Shown here: piece by piece, positions 55,698-64,000 of the stretch | How the letters are laid out: every line of letters starts with the position of its first letter | Numbering within the stretch: position 1 is the first letter of the stretch | Origin: an uncultured Actinomycetota bacterium | GTDB lineage: Bacteria > Actinomycetota > Actinomycetes > Mycobacteriales > SCTD01 | Reading direction: 5' to 3' | DNA: 64,000 nucleotides | NCBI GenBank assembly: GCA_963844295.1 | Contig: CAWJNR010000002.1 | Span: 752,374 to 816,373, forward strand | The notes under the pieces: generated by a model | Seen by the model: the letters and a program-made list of their open reading frames with translations, nothing else | What the model was told of the DNA's origin: nothing | Database searches by the model: none | Program-made: the position numbers and the translations under genes

Positions 55698-56642
55698 TCA
55701 GTGGGACGTGGACAGCGGCGTCGTGCGGTCGAGCAGCGGGCTGGTGGTGACGTCGTCCGGCCGGAGGTCGGAAGCAGTGGGCATGCGGCTGCCGGGCAGG
55801 CCGGCAGCGGCCGCGCCCCAGGCGAGGGCGGCGGCCAGGGCGGGGGCGCCGACGCCGCCGGCCGACAGGAAGCCCGCGAGCATCGCGTCGCCGGCGCCGA
55901 CCGAGCTGCGCGGGGCGAGGACGGTGGACCGGCCCCGCAGGACGCCGCCGGGCTCGACGAGCAGCGCGCCGTCGGCCCCGAGGCTGGCCAGGACGCTGCC
56001 GGCTCCGCGGACGCGCAGGTCCTCGGCAGCCGTCAGGACGTCCCCCAGGGTGAGCAGCGGGCGCCCCGCGGTCTCGGCGAGCTCCTCGCGGTTGGGCTTG
56101 AGCAGCGCGGGGCGGGCGTCGAGGGTCGCGAGCAACGCCGGGCCGCTGCTGTCGACGGCCACGCGCGTGCCGCCCGCCTGCAGCGTCCGGCAGAGCCGTG
56201 CGTAGGCGTCGGCGGGCACGCCCGGCGGCAGGCTGCCGCACAGCACGACCCACTCCGCGCCGTCGGCAGCACTCAGCACGCTGGCCACCAGCGCCTCGAC
56301 GTCGCCCTCGTCCAGGTGGCCGCCCGGCTCGTTGACCTTGGTGGTGGTGCCGTCGGGCTCGACGAGGCTGACGTTGGAGCGGGTGGCGCTGCGGACGGGG
56401 ACGGCGACGACGTCCAGCCCCGCGGAGGTCAGCAGGTCGAGCAGGCGGTCGCCGTCGGGGCCGCCGAGGGGGAGGACGGCGCGGGCCGCCACGCCGTTGA
56501 CCGCCAGTGCGCGGGCGACGTTGACGCCCTTGCCGCCGGCGTCGACGCGGGTGGAGGTCCCGCGCACGAGGGCGCCTCGGACGAGGGCGCCGACCTCGAT
56601 CGTGCGGTCGAGGCTCGGGTTCAGCGTCACGGTGACGATCAC
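55698..56642 (-). CDS. 1-phosphofructokinase family (PfkB) kinase
   Basis: TVTLNPSLD, GGKGVNV, KPNREEL, VGAGD. Confidence 0.9.
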   Translation of the reverse strand: MIVTVTLNPSLDRTIEVGALVRGALVRGTSTRVDAGGKGVNVARALAVNGVAARAVLPLGGPDGDRLLDLLTSAGLDVVAVPVRSATRSNVSLVEPDGTTTKVNEPGGHLDEGDVEALVASVLSAADGAEWVVLCGSLPPGVPADAYARLCRTLQAGGTRVAVDSSGPALLATLDARPALLKPNREELAETAGRPLLTLGDVLTAAEDLRVRGAGSVLASLGADGALLVEPGGVLRGRSTVLAPRSSVGAGDAMLAGFLSAGGVGAPALAAALAWGAAAAGLPGSRMPTASDLRPDDVTTSPLLDRTTPLSTSH

Positions 56643-57400
56643 GCGCGGACCACCCGGGGACCGGCGCCCTCGAGCTCGGCCGTGGTGCGCTCGTCGAGGC
56701 CGCTGTCGGTGATGAGCGTGTCGATCTGCGCGAGGTCGCCGAAGCGGGCCAGGTGGTCGACGCCGACCTTGGTGTGGTCGGCGAGCAGCACGACGCGGGC
56801 CGCGGAGGCGATCATCGCCCGCTTGGTCGCGGCCTCGGCGTGGTCCGGCGTGGTGAGGCCGCGCCGCACGGACACCCCGTTGGTCGCGAGGAACGCGACG
56901 TCGACGAACGTGTCGGCCAGGGCATCGGTGGCCCAGGTGTCGACGGCCGCCAGGGTCCGGCCGCGGACGCGTCCGCCGAGCAGGAGCACGGTCAGGTGCG
57001 GCCGCGGAACCAGCGCCAGCGCGACGGGCAGGGCGTTGGTGACGACGGTGAGGGGCCGGTCCGCGGGGAGCAGGTCCGCGAGGCGCGCGGTGGTCGAGCC
57101 GGCGTCGAGCAGGACCGCACCCTCCTCGGGCAGCTCTGCCAGGGCGGCCTTGGCGATGCGGTCCTTCTCGGCCGTCATGACGCCGTCGCGGGCAGCGAGC
57201 GCCGGCTCGAAGCCGAGCCGCTCGACGGGGATGGCGCCGCCGTGCACCCGGCGCAGGACACCCTGCCGCTCCAGGATCGTGAGGTCGCGGCGCACGGTCT
57301 CCGTCGTCACCTGCAGCTCGGCGGCGAGCTCGGCCACGTCCACCCGGCCGTGGCTGCGGGCGAGCCCGACGATGTACTGCTGGCGCTCCTCGGCGTACAT
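56639..57400 (-). CDS. DeoR/FruR family regulator
   Basis: VTTETVRRDL..LE, RVHGGA, LDAGST. Confidence 0.93.
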   Translation of the reverse strand: MYAEERQQYIVGLARSHGRVDVAELAAELQVTTETVRRDLTILERQGVLRRVHGGAIPVERLGFEPALAARDGVMTAEKDRIAKAALAELPEEGAVLLDAGSTTARLADLLPADRPLTVVTNALPVALALVPRPHLTVLLLGGRVRGRTLAAVDTWATDALADTFVDVAFLATNGVSVRRGLTTPDHAEAATKRAMIASAARVVLLADHTKVGVDHLARFGDLAQIDTLITDSGLDERTTAELEGAGPRVVRA

Positions 57401-57619
57401 GTGGCTTCACCTCCGCTTGGATCTGTGTTTCGTTGGTTCTACTCCCGTTCTTGTGTGTTGTCCATCACAGGATGTGCGTCGCAGGTGTCGAGAGCGTGCG
57501 GCGTCGACGTCCCGGCGCCACGACCGCGGAAGTTCGGCCTCTTGATCGTGGGAGGTCGAGGCCCGTACGCCGCTGTCAGAACGGGCTGGGGCGTCCCTGA
57601 TCAAGGACCGCCCCGGGGC

Positions 57620-59010
<1,391 letters not shown>

Positions 59011-60242
59011 TCAGGCGCCCCCGCCGGCTCGGCCCGACCAGGCGTCGGCCAGCGAGGTGCGGCCGCGCGTGCGCAGAGCGACGCTCGGTAGAGCCGCTCC
59101 CCGACGCGCACGGCCACGACCGCCGTCCCGAGCACGACCAGCGCCGACAGCGCGCCCTCCCACAGCGCCGCGTCGTCCTCCAGCAGCCGTGCCGGCATCA
59201 CGAGCGGAGCGGTGAGGGGGACGTACGACAGCACGGTGCGCGCGGGCTCCGAGGTCACGTAGACGGCGGCGAAGAACGGCGCGATGAGCAGCACCTGCAG
59301 CGGGGCGGTCGTGGCCTGCAGGTCCTCGCTGCGGCTGGCCATCGCCCCGGCCGCGGCCCACAGGCAGGACAGCAGCGTGAAGCCGAGCGCGAAGAACAGC
59401 ACGAACCAGCCGGCGTTGCTCAGCAGCAGCGACAGCAGCTCGCGCTCGCCGGTCACCAGCGCGCCGGCCAAGCCGACGAGCACCAGCAGCACGATCTGCG
59501 TCAGCGCCAGGCCACCGTTGCCGAGGACCTTGCCGTAGAGCAGCGTCCTGACCGGGACGGCGCTGACGAGCAGCTCGACGATGCGGCTCTCCTTCTCCTG
59601 CACGACGCCCTGCGCGATCGACTGGCCGAACTGGAAGACCACGAAGAAGAACAGCAGCACGAAGGCCACGCTCAGCAGCGGCACGGCCGCCGGGTCCAGC
59701 TCGCTGGCCTCCAGCAGCCGGCTCTGCACGTCGGCCGGCCCGAGCAGCCGCTCGCGCTCGGCGGCGGGCACACCGGCGCTCTCCAGCGCCGACAGCACCT
59801 GGGCGGCCTGCACGGTCCCTGCCAGCGCCTCGAGCAGCCCGCCGGGTGCCTCCTGCAGCGCCGTCACCACCGGGCCGTCCGGCCCCAGCTCGAGGACGGC
59901 CTCGACCTCCTCGTCGCGCAGCAGCCGCTCCGCGGCCGGGCGGTCCTCGACCTGCGTCACGGTGAGGTCGACGTCGTCCGGGGGCAGCGCCTGCGCGAGA
60001 CCGGCCGCTCCGGCCCCGACGACCGCCACGTCGTACTCCGCCGGGCCGTCGTCGTAGAGCAGCGCCGGCAGGGCGATGGAGGCGGCGACCAGGCCGAGGA
60101 ACAGCAGCGTCGAGAGCAGGAAGGCGCGGCTGCGCAGCTTCTCGCCGACCTCGCGCGCGGCGACCAGCCGCACGTCCTCCCAGCGCACCGTCCCCTCGTC
60201 GGCCTTGCCCTCCTGGACCGGGCCACGGTCTCCCGAGCTCAC
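59011..60242 (-). CDS. ABC-2 type permease, C-terminal frameshift
   Basis: VAAREV, GVVQEKESRIVELL, GKVLG. Confidence 0.85.
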
Positions 60243-61123
60243 GCCAGCACCTCGCGGTAGAGCTCGGACAGGGTCGGCGTCACCGGCGACAGCTCGTGCA
60301 CGGGTCCGCGGCGCACCGCCTGCGCGAGCAGGGCCTGCAGCGCGGCGGCGTCGTCGGCCTCGACCAGCGCGCGGTTGCCGTCCACCTCGACGACCGAGAC
60401 CCGCGGTGCCCCGCGCACCCAGCCGGCGTCGCCGCCCAGCACGAGGCGGTGCCGCGGACGGGTCCGCGCGTGGCGCAGCGCGTCGACCTCGCCGGAGGCG
60501 ACCACCCGCCCGGCGGCGAGCACGACGACGCGGTCGCACAGCCGCTCCACGAGCTCGAGCTGGTGGCTGGAGAACAGCACCGGCACCCCGCCCGCGGCCA
60601 CCTCGCGCAGCAGCTCGGTCAGCCGGTCGACCGCCAGCGGGTCCAGGCCGCTGAACGGCTCGTCGAGCAGCAGGACGTCGGGGTCGTGCACGAGCGCGGC
60701 CGCGATCTGCGCGCGCTGCTGGTTGCCCAGCGACAGCGCGTCGACCTGGTCGTCGGCGCGCTCGCCGAGGTCGAGGCGCTCCAGCAGCTCGTCGGCACGG
60801 CGGCGGGCGACCCCCGCGCCGGTGCCGTGCAGCCGGGCCAGGTGCACCAGCTGCCGCCGGACCTGCATGCGCGGGTAGAGGCCGCGCTCCTCCGGCATGT
60901 AGCCGATCCGCCGCCGAACCGCGGCGTCGACGGGTGCGCCCTGCCACGTGACCGTCCCCGAGTCGGCCTCGACGATGCCGAGCACGACGCGCATGGTCGT
61001 GGTCTTGCCGGCGCCGTTGGCGCCCACGAAGCCGGTGAGGGAGCCGGCGGGCACGCTGAAGGAGACGTCGTCGATCGCGCGCCGGGCGCCGTAGGACTTC
61101 GTGAGACCAGCCAGCTCCAGCAC
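60239..61123 (-). CDS. ABC transporter ATP-binding protein
   Basis: GANGAGKTT, LSLGNQQ, LDEPFSGLD, SSH. Confidence 0.93.
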   Translation of the reverse strand: MLELAGLTKSYGARRAIDDVSFSVPAGSLTGFVGANGAGKTTTMRVVLGIVEADSGTVTWQGAPVDAAVRRRIGYMPEERGLYPRMQVRRQLVHLARLHGTGAGVARRRADELLERLDLGERADDQVDALSLGNQQRAQIAAALVHDPDVLLLDEPFSGLDPLAVDRLTELLREVAAGGVPVLFSSHQLELVERLCDRVVVLAAGRVVASGEVDALRHARTRPRHRLVLGGDAGWVRGAPRVSVVEVDGNRALVEADDAAALQALLAQAVRRGPVHELSPVTPTLSELYREVLA

Positions 61124-61147
61124 GTGCGCGACCTGCTCGACGGGCGC

Positions 61148-62266
61148 CTAGACCTGGTTGCCGCTCGGCAGGGTGCCGCTCTCCACCGCGCTGACCGGCC
61201 GGGGCGCCGGACCGACGTACTTCGCCGAGGGGCGGATGAGCTTGTTGAGCTTCTTCTGCTCGAGGATGTGCGCGCTCCAGCCGGCGGTGCGGGCGCAGGT
61301 GAACATCGAGGTGAACATGTGCGCGGGGACCTCGGCGAAGTCGAGGACGACCGCGGACCAGAACTCGACGTTGGTGCGCAGCGGGCGGTCGGGGTAGCGC
61401 TCCGTGAGCTCCTCGATGGCCGCCTTCTCCAGGGCGTCGGCGACCTCGTAGCGGTGCGAGCCGAGCTCCTGGGCGGTGCGGCGCAGGACGCGCGCACGGG
61501 GGTCCTCGGCGCGGTAGACGCGGTGCCCGAAGCCCATGAGGCGCTCCTTGCGGTCGAGCAGGCCCTTGACGTACTTCGCCGGGTCGCCGCTGCGCTCGAC
61601 GTCGTCGAGCATCGTCAGCACGCGCGAGGGCGCGCCGCCGTGCAGCGGGCCGGACAGCGCGCCGATGGCGCCGGAGATCGACGCGGCGGCGTCCGCCCCG
61701 GTGGAGGCGATGACGCGGGCGGTGAACGTCGAGGCGTTCATGCCGTGCTCCGCGGCCGAGACGAAGTACGCGTCCACGGCCTTGGTGTGCGCAGGGTCGG
61801 GGTCGCCCTTCCAGCGGATCATGAAGCGCTCGACGATGGTCTTGGCCTTGTCGACCTCGCTCTGCGGGACCATCGGCCTGCCGAGCCCGCGGGCGGACTG
61901 GGCGACGAAGGCCATCGTCATGACCGAGACCCGGGCGAGGTCCTCGCGGATCTGCTCCGGCTCGATGTCGAGCATCTGCTGCAGGCCCCAGGCCGGCGCG
62001 AGCATCGCGATCGCGGACTGCACGTCGACCCGGATGTCGCCGGAGTGGACCGGCAGGGGGAACGGCTCGGCCGGCGGCAGGCCCGGGTTGAACTTGCCGT
62101 CGACCAGCAGGCCCCAGACGTTGCCGAAGCTGACGTTGCCGACCAGCTCCTCGATGTCGACCCCGCGGTAGCGGAGGGCGCTGCCCTCCTTGTCGGGCTC
62201 GGCGATCTCGGACTCGAAGGCGACGACGCCCTCGAGGCCTGGCTTGAACAGCGTCTCGTCGGCCAT
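61148..62266 (-). CDS. citA: citrate synthase 2
   Basis: FKPGLEGV, EHGMNASTF, GPLHGGA, GFGHRVY..EDPR, NVEFW. Confidence 0.93.
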   Translation of the reverse strand: MADETLFKPGLEGVVAFESEIAEPDKEGSALRYRGVDIEELVGNVSFGNVWGLLVDGKFNPGLPPAEPFPLPVHSGDIRVDVQSAIAMLAPAWGLQQMLDIEPEQIREDLARVSVMTMAFVAQSARGLGRPMVPQSEVDKAKTIVERFMIRWKGDPDPAHTKAVDAYFVSAAEHGMNASTFTARVIASTGADAAASISGAIGALSGPLHGGAPSRVLTMLDDVERSGDPAKYVKGLLDRKERLMGFGHRVYRAEDPRARVLRRTAQELGSHRYEVADALEKAAIEELTERYPDRPLRTNVEFWSAVVLDFAEVPAHMFTSMFTCARTAGWSAHILEQKKLNKLIRPSAKYVGPAPRPVSAVESGTLPSGNQV

Positions 62267-62407
62267 GGGGCGGCTCCTCGTCTGCAGGTCGGGCAGGGGT
62301 GGGGCGAGCGGTCAGGACCGGTCGGGCCCGCGCCCATCCTGCCGGACGGGTGCGGCGGCCCCGCTCCGCCCCCTCCCGCTCGCTCCCGGCGCGCTTAGCC
62401 TCTCGCC

Positions 62408-63049
62408 GTGACCCCCGACCGCCCGCTGGCCGACCTGCGCCGGGACTACGCCCGGGCGGGGCTCGCGGAGGGGGACCTCGCCCCGACCTGGACCGGGCAG
62501 CTGCTGCGCTGGCTGGCCGAGGCCGCCGGGCTGGTCGAGCCGAACGCCGTCGTGCTCGCCACCGCGTCGGCGGACGGTCGGCCGAGCGCCCGCACCGTCC
62601 TGCTCAAGGCCTGCGACGAGCGCGGCCTGGTCGTCTTCACCAACCTCACCTCGCGCAAGGCGCAGGAGGCGACCGAGAACCCGCGGGCCACGCTGCTGCT
62701 CCCGTGGGTGGAGCTCGAGCGGCAGGTCGTCGTCGAGGGTGACGTGGAGCAGGTGGACCGCGCTGAGACGGAGGCCTACTTCCGGTCCCGGCCGCGCGGG
62801 TCGCAGATCGGCGCGTGGGTGTCGCACCAGTCGCAGGTCATCGCGGGCCGCGAGGTGCTCGAGGCCCGGCAGGCCGAGCTCGAGCAGCGGTTCGCCGGGC
62901 AGGACGTCCCCGTGCCGGACTTCTGGGGCGGCCTGCGGGTCGTCCCGACGGCTGTCGAGTTCTGGCAGGGCCGGCCGAGCCGGCTGCACGACCGGCTGCG
63001 CTACCGGCGGGACGGCGCGGCCTGGGTCGTGGAGCGGCTCTCGCCGTGA
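62408..63049 (+). CDS. pdxH: pyridoxamine 5'-phosphate oxidase
   Basis: [36 protein letters not shown]. Confidence 0.95.
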   Translation: MTPDRPLADLRRDYARAGLAEGDLAPTWTGQLLRWLAEAAGLVEPNAVVLATASADGRPSARTVLLKACDERGLVVFTNLTSRKAQEATENPRATLLLPWVELERQVVVEGDVEQVDRAETEAYFRSRPRGSQIGAWVSHQSQVIAGREVLEARQAELEQRFAGQDVPVPDFWGGLRVVPTAVEFWQGRPSRLHDRLRYRRDGAAWVVERLSP

Positions 63050-64000
63050 CCCGGCCCACCGCCCAGACCCGGCAGGGGCTGGCCGCCCGCCTGCGCGGCG
63101 CCGCCCTCGACCTCACCCCGCTGCGGGTGTCCCGGCCGTACCGGCGGCTGCTGTTCGGCGAGGCGGTGTCGGTCCTCGGCACGCAGGTCACGGCCGTGGC
63201 GGTGCCGCTGCAGGTGTACGCGCAGACCCGGTCGGTGGTCGCGGTGGGGCTCGTCGGCGTCGCCGGCCTGCTGCCGCTCATCTTCTTCGGGCTGTACGGC
63301 GGGGCGATCGCCGATGCCGTGGACCGGCGGCGGCTCGTGCTCCTCACGACGTCGGGGCAGCTCCTGCTCGCGCTGGTGCTCGTCGGCCAGGCGGTCCTGG
63401 ACCTGGAGCAGACGTGGTTGCTCTACGCCGTGATCGCCTGCCAGGCAGGCATCTTCGCCATCGACTCACCGGCGAGGCAGGCCTTCGTGCCGCGGCTGCT
63501 GGGCAAGGAGCTGCTGCCGGCGGCGAACGCGCTCAAGCAGGTGGAGTTCAACCTCGCGGTGACGGTCGGCCCGCTGCTGGCCGGCGTGCTGGTCGCCCGG
63601 TACGGCTACGGCGCGGCGTACGCGCTGGACGCCGTGACGTTCAGCGCGGCGCTGCTCGCGGTGTCGGGGCTGCCCTCGATGCCGCCGGAGGGCGGCGGGC
63701 GGCGGGCCGGGACGGCGAGCGTCCTGGAGGGGCTGGCCTTCCTGCGCAGCCGGCAGGTGCTGCTGATGACCTTCGTGGTCGACCTCGTGGCGATGGTGTT
63801 CGCGATGCCCCGCGCGCTGTTCCCCGCTCTCGCGCAGGACGTCTACGGCGGCGGGGAGCAGACCGCCGGGATCCTCTACTCCTCGCTCGCGGTCGGCGCG
63901 CTGCTCGGTGCGCTGTTCTCCGGCTGGCTCGGCCGGGTGCACCGGCACGGCGTCGCGGTGCTCGTCGCGATCGTCGTGTGGGGGGCGGCGATCACGCTGT
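63046..64000 (+). CDS. MFS transporter (EntS-like), 3'-partial
   Basis: Translating from GTG 63046 gives DLTPLR...[28 protein letters not shown]. Confidence 0.85.
   Translation, partial: MTRPTAQTRQGLAARLRGAALDLTPLRVSRPYRRLLFGEAVSVLGTQVTAVAVPLQVYAQTRSVVAVGLVGVAGLLPLIFFGLYGGAIADAVDRRRLVLLTTSGQLLLALVLVGQAVLDLEQTWLLYAVIACQAGIFAIDSPARQAFVPRLLGKELLPAANALKQVEFNLAVTVGPLLAGVLVARYGYGAAYALDAVTFSAALLAVSGLPSMPPEGGGRRAGTASVLEGLAFLRSRQVLLMTFVVDLVAMVFAMPRALFPALAQDVYGGGEQTAGILYSSLAVGALLGALFSGWLGRVHRHGVAVLVAIVVWGAAITL

Overview
High-GC actinobacterial chromosome segment (Frankiales/Geodermatophilales-like gene order) of about 75 genes, mostly core or housekeeping: ligB, gdhA, otsB/otsA, SAM-I riboswitch-thrC, CIRCE-groEL2, XPB helicase with its partner, a mannitol-family PTS operon, serC, citrate synthase and pdxH. 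Many genes carry 1-nt frameshifts, densest in the first 22 kb, which look like long-read consensus errors. The main finding is three genes that the ORF track splits at an in-frame TGA. Each TGA sits at a redox-cysteine position and is followed about 20 nt downstream by a bacterial SECIS-like hairpin. They are an AhpD/CMD-like CxxU protein (18053) and a divergent three-gene cluster at 47508-50643: a UGSC-type selenoprotein, a CxxC thioredoxin-fusion partner and a ResA/TlpA-like WASW-U-GC protein. The cluster appears to be driven from a 23-bp overlapping bidirectional leaderless promoter. This points to a functionally uncharacterised selenocysteine-based redox system in an actinobacterium. I saw no selA, selB, selD or tRNA-Sec in this window. 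All product calls come from motif recognition; no database searches were run.
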